From: the human T2T-CHM13v2.0 reference genome, Homo sapiens
NCBI RefSeq assembly: GCF_009914755.1
Contig: NC_060926.1
Reading direction: 5' to 3' (one strand)
DNA length: 64,000 nucleotides
Below are positions 16,788-32,196 of the stretch, piece after piece. A model generated the notes under the pieces. That model had not been told where the DNA came from and ran no database searches. It was given only the letters and a program-made list of their open reading frames with translations. The translations under genes and the position numbers were made by a program. Each line of letters opens with the position of its first letter. The first letter of the stretch is position 1.

Positions 16788-16880
16788 ACTCATTACTGAG
16801 GACAAGGAAGGGGGCCTTTTCACTGTGACTCTGTTTCGAAAAGTGATTGAAGATTTCAAAACCAAGGCCAAAGAAAACAA
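16788..16880 (+). CDS. ATP6V1C2: ATP6V1C2 exon 9 (93 nt)
   Basis: aacag|ACTCATT...AACAA|gtaagg; [31 protein letters not shown]. Confidence 0.97.
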
Positions 16881-16977
16881 GTAAGGGTCCTCCAGGTTTG
16901 GTTCATCTCCCGCTGCGGGGGGTCTCTGCCCCTCTGGAAAGCTTCTGAGTGAAAACCCATGATATGCTTGTTTTAAG

Positions 16978-17071
16978 GTTCACTGTTCGTGAATTTTACT
17001 ATGATGAGAAGGAAATTGAAAGGGAAAGGGAGGAGATGGCCAGATTGCTGTCTGATAAGAAGCAACAGTAT
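16978..17071 (+). CDS. ATP6V1C2: ATP6V1C2 exon 10 (94 nt)
   Basis: ttaag|GTTCACT...CAGTAT|gtgagt; [31 protein letters not shown]; preceded by a 97-nt intron. Confidence 0.97.
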
Positions 17072-18259
17072 GTGAGTATGTGATTGAGCAGCTCCTCCCG
17101 CCCCTACCCGGAGGCCTGGGGATAGAAGAGTCCTCCCAGGTCTCCAGCTCTCCCTCCTCCCTCTCATTGTCCCCAGGCTCCTGGGCTCACACCATGGGGA
17201 CCGTCTGTTCTCATGGGACGCCTGAGCAGGGTCTGGGGGGAGGGGCGGTGAGCACAAAGGAGCCCAGGCGGTGGAGCTGGGGGCGGGAGCCGGGGGCCCA
17301 CCCAAGCTGGCGCTTTCCACATATGTTCTCACTGGTCCTGAGCACCGCCCTGCCAGGAAGGGGTTGCTAGCTCCACAGTATGGAGAAACTGAGGCTCTGA
17401 GAGGCAAGCTGGCCAGAGGACCCTGCCAGGCCTTCCTTGGACTGAGCAAGGCACGTGGGCTCCAGGCGGGAGCATCTGTGTGCAGGGTGGGCAGTGCTGG
17501 GCCTTGGAGATTGCAGCCGTGAGGTTTCCAGGGCGCCACTAGCCCCTGTATTTACCTCCCGTGTCCTTAGTGCGGAGAGGGTGCTTATCTGGAGACTTCC
17601 GACCACAGCCACTCAGAAACCCTTCACGGAGGAGGACAGCGTAGCTCACCAGGGAGCAAAACTAGATGCTCACGTTTGAATTGTGAGCAGGAGAGCTTTG
17701 GGAAGGTCCCTCCACCGCTCCGGGAAGTGGGCACCTTCCATACTCAGGTTCTCCTGCTGCGATGCTGGGCTAGGCTGGGCAACTTGGAAGGAGCCTGTCT
17801 GGGTGGAATGTTTTTGGGACCCTTCTTCCTCATGCCCACCAGGGAGGGTTCCGTGAGCACCTTCCAGTCCAGCCTCTAGTGACAGGGCAGGAGGAATGAG
17901 TAGAAAGTTCTTGAGGCCTTTGGGGGAAAGTCACTGTGTGAACACAGCACTGTGAGGACTCCCATGGGGAGGAGCGCCGTGGCCGCGGGCAGGCTGGGAG
18001 TGCTCCCAGTGTCCGTGCTGCCAAGTGTGTGCTCCGGGCTCCTGGGGACCTGGCCTGTCTGTCAGCGACCTTTTTGCAGGGACTGGGGATGAGCAGCCAC
18101 CCCGTCACAAGCGAGCCCAGCCACGGAGCCCCCGTAGTGGGGTTCTCGGAGCCCCTCTGGTCTGGTCTGTTTCCCTTTAGGGAGGAAACAACAGCTGATA
18201 ATATACAAGTTTATATAGGGGGTTTTTCACCCTCCTCCTCCGAAATAGCACAGGGCGCT

Positions 18260-18301
18260 CACACACGTGTGTGTGTGTGTGCGCGCGCACGTGCATGTAT
18301 G
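18260..18301. repeat. Alternating purine-pyrimidine tract (CA/TG/CG)
   Basis: cacacacgtgtgtgtgtgtgtgcgcgcgcacgtgcatgtatg. Confidence 0.85.
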
Positions 18302-19584
18302 AGTGTGTGTGTGGACCTGTGTGTGCACAGCAAGTGAGACACACCTCAGAGCCAGACGCTGCTGGGCTCCGGCTGAGCCTGCGGGGAGGGTGTCGCCTCC
18401 TGAGGACGAGGAGCCGAGCTGGAGCTGGGGACCCCCAGCCCTTTGGATGCTCCAGTCTTCAGAGCAGGGCCCACAGACCCAGACACCAGGCAGGAAAGAT
18501 TTTCCCCAGTGAAAGCTGAGCTCCAAAGTGTTTTCTTCCTTAGGCTCAGCTCACCTGAAACCCTCGCTACCTGGGCACGCCCTGGCTGTTCTCTTCAGCC
18601 AGGCTTTTTCCCAGCTCGATTCAGTCCTGGTCCCAACCCCCTGCGCAGTATCTCTGGACGGGGCTAGACCGTGGCAGCCTCCACACCAGGGAGGCCCTGC
18701 TGGGGGACAGGTGGCGAAGCAGGGCCTTTGGCACCCACCTGGGCACTGGCCCAGGCCTGCCAGACCCCCGGGGAACAGGGTGACACACAGGAGCCTGCCG
18801 CCTGCCACGTGGGGCTCAGGTTGCCAGCTGGCGTATTTTACATGGCGTAGCCTTCGCCCACACCACCCTGGGGGCCCTGCCAGGGTCTCTCTGTGGGCGG
18901 GAGGTGGAGGCACTCTCAGCTTGGGTAGTCCCACTGGCCTCCTGAGAATCTGGCCCCCTCTGGCCTATCTAGAAGTGCATGACCAAACGTCTTGCATCCT
19001 TTTTGTCACTCATCAACCAGAGGGACAGACCAGGCCCTGGGGTTTGAGTGTACTTTGAGAGCAGAGTGGGATGTCCCTGTGTTTCCCACCTGTTTGCAGA
19101 GACAGAATGGGAAAGGGTGAGTGTCCTAACTGCATGCCCAACTCATCTCCTGCACTCTGCATGCCGAGGTGCCCCCCGAATGCCAGGAAGGCATCTGTGG
19201 CTGGGCATGGTGGAGCCACCTTGACAGAGCGCAGAGAGCCGTTTCCACTAACGCCTCCCGGTGCTGTCCTGGTCGGCCTGCGATGGGGGTCCTGGCTGAG
19301 CCCAAGCAAGGGGAGGGAGCTCAGGGCTGACCCCTCTGCCAGAGATCGGCTCTGTGCTTGGAATATGGAACCCAAAGACCTTAACACTGCCCTTCTCTCT
19401 GCCTTCACCACTCCAGGAGCCCGGTGGGCACCTACCACATCTCTAGTCTAGCCAGCACGCGAGTCCCGAGGGTGGGCCTGAATTCCTGAGCTTGCTCTCG
19501 CGTGCCTTTCAGGCGATGAGAATGATTTATTTGTTTGTGATGCATGTTTGCTGAAAGATTAATAAATCATTTCTGTGCCTTTAG

Positions 19585-19722
19585 CAAACTTCCTGTGTTG
19601 CTCTTAAAAAGGGATCATCCACCTTCCCGGACCACAAGGTTAAGGTAACCCCGCTAGGTAACCCTGATAGGCCTGCTGCGGGGCAGACCGACAGAGAGAG
19701 AGAGAGTGAGGGCGAGGGTGAG
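19585..19722 (+). CDS. ATP6V1C2: ATP6V1C2 cassette exon 11 (138 nt, 46-aa insert of the long C2-a isoform)
   Basis: ttag|CAAACT...GGTGAG|gtaagc; phase 0-0; [46 protein letters not shown]; matches the known 46-aa C2-a insert length. Confidence 0.9.
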
Positions 19723-20571
19723 GTAAGCAACGCCCCGGGAACCCCGGGGTCCCTGGCTCACATCTCCTCGCCAGCTCAGGCGCCTTCTGGGAAAATGAAT
19801 CCTTGCATTTTTCTGTTCTCTAATATGGCTTTTGAGGTCTTAAATTTGAGGAGCCGGAATCATGCCTTCCTCCTAATCTGCAGGGCCTCTTTGGAGCTGC
19901 CCCCGCCAGCAGTGAAGGGTGCTTGTCGGCCAGGGCGCCTCTCCCCGGGCGCCTGGCTGGAGGTGGCTGGAGCTGGGACGGGCAGGGCCCTGGCTGGGGT
20001 GGTGGTTGGCAGCTCAGCTCTCCTCCCTTGGCTGCCCTTGCTGAACCCACCCCTGACCTTTGTGGGCAGCTGCAGTGTCAGGCGGGAGCTCGGGGCTCTT
20101 GCTCCAAGACTCTTGAGCTCCCAGGAAGACCTGCCACACCGGCATCAGTGGCTGCTGCTGTGGCCACGTGAGGTGGGGCTGTGAGGGGAGGCGGCTGCTG
20201 TGGATGATGCCAGGACCCTGGGGGCAGAGCCTCTGAGAAGGTGGGCTCCCTGGCTGCACAGTGTCAGGCAGAAGCCCCTGGCTGCCTGCTGAAAGCCCCA
20301 AGGTCAGGGGCTGCCCAGCTCCCCGCGCTGCGGTCTGTGGTGGCCCCGTGCATGCACCGGGTGGCTGGCCCGCTGAGCTTCCCCGGCACCAGGTGCCCTG
20401 GACCTCGAGGTCCTGAGCCTGACCCAGGGCTGGTCTGACCGACTCTCTGCTTCTGGCTCCTGGGCACTTCTTCTCAGCTCAGGGCGTGCTCTGTCAAAAC
20501 CCAAGTCCTTTCTTGGCTCTGTGTCAGGCGGGGTGTTCAGCAGGGGTCACCTGGCTCTTCTGTCTTTGCAG

Positions 20572-20669
20572 GGCCCCCTGCTGCGCTGGCTCAAGGTGAA
20601 CTTCAGTGAAGCCTTCATTGCCTGGATCCACATCAAGGCCCTGAGAGTGTTTGTGGAGTCCGTGCTCAG
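20572..20669 (+). CDS. ATP6V1C2: ATP6V1C2 exon 12 (98 nt)
   Basis: tgcag|GGCCCC...CTCAG|gtgcgt; [33 protein letters not shown], conserved V-ATPase C motif. Confidence 0.97.
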
Positions 20670-20972
20670 GTGCGTGGCAGTGATGCCCCGGCTGGGACTG
20701 TCCTGAGGATGGGCAGGGTCTGGGGGAGCTATCGGGGCACCCCAGCTCCTGCCTTCTCTCCATCCTCCACCCGTCTCCTTTCTGAGACTGTGGCTGTTGG
20801 CAACACGCTCAATTCCGAGTCAAGTACACCCTCCCCTCAGCCCTGTGTCCCCTGCTGTCTGCTCCCTCCGTTCCTGCTACACTTGGGGCAAGTGTCACCT
20901 GGGTTCTCCCCAGCTGCCCTACCTGCATGCCCTTGTGGACCCTCTGGCTGGCTCCTGTCCCCACCCTCGTGA

Positions 20973-21708
<736 letters not shown>

Positions 21709-22749
21709 TTCACTGTGGGAAACCTGGCAACTCTAGGTAAGCAGAGTGAGTAAAAATCTCCTGTAATTTTAATTTTAACACCAGGAGAGAACACTGCCAG
21801 CGTCCCAGTGGGTGCCCTTTTAGGTGTAGGTTTTGTTGTTTTTTTATGAATAGATACGTAATTCTTACAGATTTTTATGAAAGTGGAATCAGAGGAAACG
21901 CCTTCGAAGGCCGCTTTTCTGCCCTGTGTGGCTGCGTCCCGCGTCACGGAGCACTGCGCACCGCCTGCCGCTCTGACTCGCGGCCTCCTGGGCTCCTCCA
22001 GCCCCTGAGACCCTCTGTGTGACCTTCCGGACCCCTTCCCCGCCTGCACTGAGGAGCTCCTCATCCCTCCCTGCCGTCCCCCTGGCTGATGTCCCCTACT
22101 TTCCCTCGTTTTCCTGCCCATGTTCCCTGGTTTCCAGGTCCTGCCATCTGCCTGCCGTAGGCTTTACCTGGGTATCTGTCTCATCTCCCCTCCCGCACCC
22201 CTTCCTCTGCTTCCCTGTTTCTGCCAGTGGCCTCCTCATCCTTCCCCTTATCAGACCCCAAACTTCAGGGTCAGTTTAGACACCCCTGACAGGCCCGGTC
22301 CACTCCGCCTTTGCACTCTCTCTTTCACGGGTCTGGCCCCACCGGCCTGGCTGTTGCCATAAGCCTCCTCTCTGTTCTTGGCCTCCAATTCCCCTTCCAT
22401 GTGGCTGTCAGTGTGTGGTCTGCCCAGATACAGATCTGACCTTGGTTCCTGGTTCTTCTGCCCTGCACATGCACCGCACCCACACCTGTACCCATGCGCA
22501 CCTGTGCACGCCCATCTCAAAAGCCTGTACCGACACGGATGGCAGCATTGGGTTGGAGGGTGTACCCAGCTCCTGGGAGTGTTCTAGCCATCTCTAATAT
22601 ACATGGCCCCAGATCAACCCTGCCCGGCTCAGAAGTCGGTTGCTCTCAGGCCTAACGGCCTAACACAGTGAAGCCTGTCCATGCCTTCCAGGATGCGCAT
22701 CTGCCCAAGAAAGAGGTTGAGACCGATGGGCCAGCCGCTCCTGGGGTCC

Positions 22750-24975
<2,226 letters not shown>

Positions 24976-25172
24976 AAAACTATCTGTCAGCCTGTTATGA
25001 AAATCTACATGTCATACACATTAAAGCACAGCAAGGAGAGGGTTGGAGGGGTGGACCACAGCTACGCAGAGCAGAACGTACGCTCAGTGCCTGGCGAGCT
25101 TCCTCAAAACTAAAAGGATAAGACAGGAAACTAGTTTATGCACTTAGAGCATTACCATGTCTTCTTTTGTAG

Positions 25173-25262
25173 GCATCTGTGGAGATCCCGGGACTGCAAC
25201 TCAATAACCAAGACTATTTTCCTTATGTCTACTTCCATATTGACCTTAGTCTTCTTGACTAG
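25173..25262 (+). CDS. ATP6V1C2: ATP6V1C2 terminal coding exon
   Basis: tgtag|GCATCT...GACTAG; ASVEIPGLQLNNQDYFPYVYFHIDLSLLD*; (E/D)YxPYVY is typical of subunit C C-termini. Confidence 0.96.
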   Translation, partial: ASVEIPGLQLNNQDYFPYVYFHIDLSLLD

Positions 25263-25404
25263 AAAGGCCAGCTGGCACCTCTGTCTCATGTTCGTGCAGA
25301 TTATTACAGACACCTCTTTCCTTTAGCCAGAGAATGGTTCAAATGTCTTACAGAACTAAGATCTTTTTCAGAGAAATTGCTCACAAAAGTTAGTGACAGT
25401 TGTA

Positions 25405-25410
25405 TTTATT
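25405..25410 (-). terminator. Distal poly(A) signal, PDIA6
   Basis: TTTATT on + = AATAAA on -, about 850 nt past the PDIA6 stop; TGTA on - at 25423-25420. Confidence 0.75.
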
Positions 25411-25422
25411 TTTTTAAGTTAC

Positions 25423-25428
25423 AATAAA
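25423..25428 (+). terminator. Proximal poly(A) signal candidate, ATP6V1C2
   Basis: AATAAA about 160 nt after the stop; TGTA at 25401-25404 upstream. Confidence 0.6.
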
Positions 25429-25876
25429 ATGCTCTCAAGTCCTTTGAATGTTCCAACAAATTCAAAACTTCATTTTCTGAATGTTTTACATAAATGCGAA
25501 CTACCTGTTCGCATTGGTAACCTGCTGCTGTATTTCATGTCTTAACGGCTATTTTGAGGTTCATTAACAACATAGAAAGCCTTGAACTGTATAACCAGCT
25601 AGATTCCTTAATAATTAGTCACTAGAGACAGCCCAAAGACAAATATTGGGCAGGAAATCAGTTCTCACTGAGCCCGGTTTCCATGTAAAATCTCTGTTGT
25701 GGTGGGCATAGGTGGCACCATCTAAAGAAAAGAGGTCTTGTTTTTTGTTTAAAAAAGTTTGTGGGGAGGAAAGACATCTGTGTATCACTTCAAAATATTG
25801 ATTTACTGCTAAACATCACTCTGAATTTATGATGTGGATACTAACTTCATACATTTATCGGCATTGTCCAAAATAT

Positions 25877-25889
25877 TTTATTCTTTAAT
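25877..25889 (-). terminator. Proximal poly(A) signal candidate, PDIA6 (tandem ATTAAA/AATAAA)
   Basis: + strand TTTATTcTTTAAT. Confidence 0.55.
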
Positions 25890-26256
25890 GGAAAAAGCCA
25901 TTAATATTCAAATGAAGGGATCACATTAAAAAAAACCCATACATAAGAAACAGCCTCCAAGAACATTCAAGCAGCAGTCAGAGAGAAAAATGTTTCGACA
26001 GCCAAGTTTTCTTCAAAATATTATGTGACAGAATACGACTCAATTCACCGGCTACAACAATTCATAGAATTTTTCAATGTTTTCTTGAGATGCAAAAGTT
26101 CACTGTTGCAGTGTTTTCAAATGACCAATCAAGTACTACTTCTTGGTTAAAAGGCCACTGGTAGAGTCATCTGAGTGTAGAGAATGTCCCTTCACTGCTG
26201 GAAAAATCCACTGGCTCCCAAGAAAAGAAAATGGTCTGAAGCCTCTGTTGTGGCTC

Positions 26257-26325
26257 TCACAACTCATCTTTCCCTAAGTCATCAAGCTCCACATCACTGA
26301 GGTCAATGTCATCCTCCACGGGAAG
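26257..26325 (-). CDS. PDIA6: PDIA6 exon 13, coding part
   Basis: ccag|CTTCCC...GAGTTGTGA; [22 protein letters not shown], acidic tail plus KDEL. Confidence 0.98.
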   Translation of the reverse strand, partial: LPVEDDIDLSDVELDDLGKDEL

Positions 26326-26932
26326 CTGGGAGACGACAGAAAGCCACTGTTAGATCTGCAGAAGGGGACACCCTGGAAGGTCAACATCTCATTTTATGGA
26401 AGAGCGACTCTCTGGAGCTACTCCTGCTACAATCCAGGTTCTCCTCAGTCTGACTCCTACCCTGACCTTCGTACCTATGATTATACGGATGGAAAAGCTC
26501 AGAACTCAGGTGAAACATTTCAACATCACATCACTCACCATTTTAACACTGGAAGCCACTTGAACGTGTCCTTTTGAGGAGGGTGGGACACAACAGTACA
26601 GAAATAAGTGCTAATTTCAAAGCTATCATTTTCTATTTTTCTAAGATAAAGTAAATGAATTCCAGGTTAAATGTTCACTTTAAGGTAATAATCAGGAAAG
26701 CAACCTTACTACTGAAATGTATCTTGGCTGTCAAGAGTATCAAATGCCATGCAGCACTTAAACTTGTGATAAGGAAGATGAAGGGTCTTCAGAGAAGAAC
26801 CTCTTAAAAGGCCCACGGGTGCACCAGGGCTGAGGTCTGATGGGAAGGACTTGACTCCAGGTGCAGAGATGCACAGGCTCAAGAGAGTAAACCAGGACTG
26901 CTGCCCGCACAGCTTCCCTCCCGGGCACTCAC

Positions 26933-27029
26933 CTCGCCATCCCTGCCGTCCCAAGGCTCTCTCTCAACGATGGTAGGGAAAGCCCCGCCTCCTACAGGTG
27001 CCGTGGAGCCACGCCCAAAAGAGAGCTCC
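26933..27029 (-). CDS. PDIA6: PDIA6 exon 12 (97 nt)
   Basis: taag|GGAGCTC...GGCGAG|gtgagt; [32 protein letters not shown]. Confidence 0.97.
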
Positions 27030-27088
27030 CTTAGGGAAAAATGACCAAAACACACACACACATTTACAATGGACTGCTGGTGCAGAAG

Positions 27089-27094
27089 AATAAA
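27089..27094 (+). terminator. Distal poly(A) signal candidate, ATP6V1C2 long 3'UTR
   Basis: AATAAA with T/GT-rich downstream sequence (ctttgtttatg); lies inside PDIA6 intron 11. Confidence 0.55.
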
Positions 27095-27732
27095 CAACTT
27101 TAAAAATAACAGTCTGCCTACTTTGTTTATGCAGAGGCATTTCTTCTCTCTTGCTGCACTACATTCCTCAGAAACACCTTGAGGACATTATCTTTTTAAT
27201 CACGGACAACATTACAACCAGATTCAACATTCCCAACTAAGCCCCCTGCATCAGATAAAGTCAGTTGCTATCAGTAAGCTTTTAAAAATAGCAGAGCATT
27301 TGCTGAAATACAAATTAAATACATAAATAATTATCAAAGTTGATCTAGAACATGGGCTGCCTGCGAGCTTTCTAAGACTGCTGTGAACCTGTACAGAGGG
27401 AGCATATCAGAAGTGAGGCGACTGGTTCCAGTGCGCTGGCAGAGAGCGGGGTGCGTATGTGCATAAACATCAGTACTTGAAACATACCAGACCTGGTGTA
27501 ATCTGGCTGTTGGGAAACCAGAGCCAGAAATACTGTGGGCACAAATATTTAGAGTTCACCAAACAACTCATAGAATAATAGAGCTAGACTAACAATCTAT
27601 GGCACCAATGGGCTAGAATAAGCAAACCTATTATTAGAAAAAAAAATTACAGGAGATATATTCACATTCTGACTTCATGATTTAATAAATACTACTCTAT
27701 GACAATCACAAACTTAAGCAGTCCACAAACTT

Positions 27733-28355
<623 letters not shown>

Positions 28356-29279
28356 CTACAATGAGAGAGAGCTGGGAGGGAAGGAGCCACAGTCTGCCCC
28401 CCGCCGGCAGAGGCTGAAGCAGCTGATCTCACAGGGCTTCCTCCATGCCTCCCACTTCACTACTCAAGGCAGAGCTGTGACTGAGGCACCTGACTTTGGA
28501 GCCCCTACTCTCCACACAGCACACACACACGTCTCCACACAGCACACAAACTTCTGTGTCAAGTAGGAAGACTGGCAGCAAGAGCACTGCAGGCTTTCAT
28601 GTACTGTTCTTCCTATTCATTATTCAACACAAGCCTCTCAACTACCTTTTGTGTGCTGAACATCTCTTATACAGCAGCTAAGAAATGAACGCGGAAGAAA
28701 GCAAGAATGGGAAATAAAACCTCTTTAGGTCAATGCCCTGTATTGCCTAAAAGATGATTAGGTGAGCTGAATAGCAGAGCAGAGTAGACAGCTCTGTATA
28801 TTGGTTTTAGAACCTATCATGTTGTTTGCACATTGTTGGAGTAACTTAAGTACGCCCATTTTCAAATAAATAACTACATTCCAAAGCCAAGTGCCCAGAA
28901 ATGGAAACCACATTTCCCCAAGGTCAAGATTACAATGCATATGAGGGTGAGGATGGACAGACAGGGCTGCCTCTAGCCCATATGAGACCTTTATGAGAAT
29001 GAGAAAGAGCCCAGGGCCAGATGCACAGAATGGCACACAGGGCGGCCCGAGGGTAGCAATGCTTTCTCCTCATCCCGCAAGCAGAGTATTCCATGGAAAA
29101 AAGAACGAACAGGGAGACAATTTAAAAACTCTAATGTATAAACATTCAATTCTCTGGAATTAGTTTGCATTTTAAATTCCATTTATTACCTGGCTTATAT
29201 ATACCTAGTTCCAAATATAAACCTACAACAGAACCAAACAAACAGACAAAACAACAAACAACCTAAGAAAACAAATTAC

Positions 29280-29438
29280 CTGAGAAACTCGTTGATGCCT
29301 TGCTCACTGAAGGAGCCTTTTAGCAGAGCAAATTTCATCTTGCGTGCATTGATGGCGGCCATGGCGGGGTACCCAAACCCTCCAATCCCCAACGCGGTCT
29401 CAAGTTCAGACTGGGCTCCAGCTTCTGTCCACAGCCAC
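29280..29438 (-). CDS. PDIA6: PDIA6 exon 11 (159 nt)
   Basis: ctag|GTGGCTG...CTCAG|gtaatt; [53 protein letters not shown]. Confidence 0.97.
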
Positions 29439-29844
29439 CTAGAAAACCAGACTGGTTTTTAGGGCAAATATGTCTTTTAAATTGCTTACGATCTAACTAG
29501 AAGATCTTAGAGAACAAAAGATCACGCTTCAGATATTTCGTAGAATGACAAATAAAAACAAAAGATGAGTTTCTATATGGATTTTCCCTTTTTACCTGAA
29601 ATCCCACCAATATCATTTGGGTTATTAAGCATGTTCTCGCGTTCTGTAGGCATCTAATAAACATTTGCTGGACTAATGGAGGAGGAGCAAGGTCATCGAG
29701 AGAGGGACAACAGGGGGCGCTAGGTACCTGGGGAAAGCAATGGATACTGAGGACAAGAAGCAAAAAGATAAATAGGAAGGAGGCTGGGCACGGTGGCTCA
29801 CGCCTGTGATCCCAGCACTTTGGGAGGCCAAGATAGGTGGATCA

Positions 29845-30175
<331 letters not shown>

Positions 30176-30695
30176 TCACCCAGCCTTCAAGTTCACAGTA
30201 GAATTCAGGTGCACTACTCCTTATGTGTCTGCCTGCTAACCTGGCACTCCAATCACCATGTAAAACATGATTCCTATGAGAAAAATGCATGCTGTGCTGA
30301 CAGCCCTTCATTCCTTCTTTTCCTCCCATGATAAAGTTTTCACATCCTGAATAAAAACATATAGCAGAGCAGGCCGGGTGCGGTGGCTTACACCTGTAAT
30401 CCCAGGACTTTGGGAGGTGGAGGCAGGTGGATCACTTGAGGTCAGGAGTTTTGAGACCAGCCTAGACAACATGGTGAAACCCTGACCCTACTAAAAATAC
30501 AAAAATTAGCTGGGTGTGGTGGCGGGCGCCTATAATCCCAGCTACTTGGGAGGCTGAGGCAGGAGGGAAAAAAAAAAAAAACATATAGCAGAGCAAACAT
30601 AGAACACAGCTTACAAAAACACGGGGGAACCACTCTCAAGAAAGCCTATAATCAGCTGTTCAGATGACACTCAGACAGTAAGCTCAGTAACTTAC

Positions 30696-30768
30696 CCCCA
30701 CATTTTCTTTTTGTATTTGTCTGCCAACTTCAGAAGAACTTCCAGATAAGAATTTCTGCCTGCAGCTC
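30696..30768 (-). CDS. PDIA6: PDIA6 exon 10 (73 nt)
   Basis: tcag|GAGCTG...TGGGG|gtaagt; [24 protein letters not shown]. Confidence 0.97.
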
Positions 30769-30895
30769 CTGATTTAAATAGACAAAGTTTTTTAAAGGTA
30801 AAGATAAAGGAGTCCATAAAATTAATCCATTTAGAAAGTATTCTCAGAGCATCTAGCATAGAACAGCTAAGGGAAATCATTTCCGTCTGTCTTAC

Positions 30896-30980
30896 CAGTA
30901 TCAAGGATATGGGGCAGCACAGCCACAACACAGAGCTGGTGCTCCTCACACGTCCTCTTGGCAATGTCCTCGTTGATAAT
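30896..30980 (-). CDS. PDIA6: PDIA6 exon 9 (85 nt)
   Basis: acag|ATTATC...ACTG|gtaaga; [29 protein letters not shown]. Confidence 0.97.
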
Positions 30981-31747
30981 CTGTGGGACCCAAAAGACAA
31001 GGGACAATCAGGAGGCTGCATGATACAACACCTAAAGGTAAGCTGGCAAACAAGACCTTCGCACCGTCACTTTCATTGAAAACATTTCTCCCACGACTAC
31101 TTCCTCGTATGGAAACACCTGGAGGCATGTTCTCTAAGAGGAGATTTTTCTGCTACTGATTCTTAAGCCTGTGGAAGCTGTGGTGGTGGAGGTGGGGTGA
31201 TTAGCACACATACAAACATCTCTGAAATCGCAATGCCTGGACACAGCCTGGCTCTGCCACTTACTTGTTTAAATAGATTATACTTACATGTATTATATGT
31301 CTTATATGTTTATACACACTTGAGGCTCTGTGCCTCAATTTCCCCATATATAAAATGGAGATTAAAAACAGTATCTACCTCTCAGTGTTCATGTGAGAAT
31401 TAAATGAAAACAAAACAAAACAAAACAAAACTATACAAAGACACCAGAACGGTGCCTGTTACATGATTAGTACTTGATAAATGTTCTATTACTTTGAGAA
31501 TGATAAGCAAGAGTGATTGAATACACTCTATCTTTAAGAAGCTCGTATTTCTGTTCAGTGTAATTATTCTAATGCTAAAAGTTATGAAAAGCAATTTATC
31601 AGACTTTTTTTCCATTTCAAAGTATAGAAACCACTTTAAAGAGAGTATCTTTAAGGGCATAAAATGAACAGTGTGTCACACTGCTTTAACATTCCTCACC
31701 ATCAGCTAAAAAAGCTTTCTGGACTACAAGCAGTTGAAGTGGTTTAC

Positions 31748-31888
31748 CTCAAGCAGCTCAGGAGGTGGGGCGTTATCAGAAAACAAATCAAGGGCCCGGG
31801 ACACGATGTCGGATCTTGTCCGCCCACCGTCATAATCCACAGGAGACTCGCCTTTCTGAAATATCTTGATTGTAGGAAATCCTCTAAT
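31748..31888 (-). CDS. PDIA6: PDIA6 exon 8 (141 nt)
   Basis: atag|ATTAGA...CTTGAG|gtaaac; [47 protein letters not shown] (cis-Pro GFPT motif). Confidence 0.97.
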
Positions 31889-31962
31889 CTATTAAAAAAA
31901 GGTCAGAGGATAAAATCCAATTAACACTTAATGCAAAATAACACAATCTTTACAGTTTCTAA

Positions 31963-32196
<234 letters not shown>

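Noticed and set aside
19795-20184. 129-aa ATG-initiated ORF in ATP6V1C2 intron 11
   Set aside because: GC-rich intron, no recognisable homology, no promoter or splice support.
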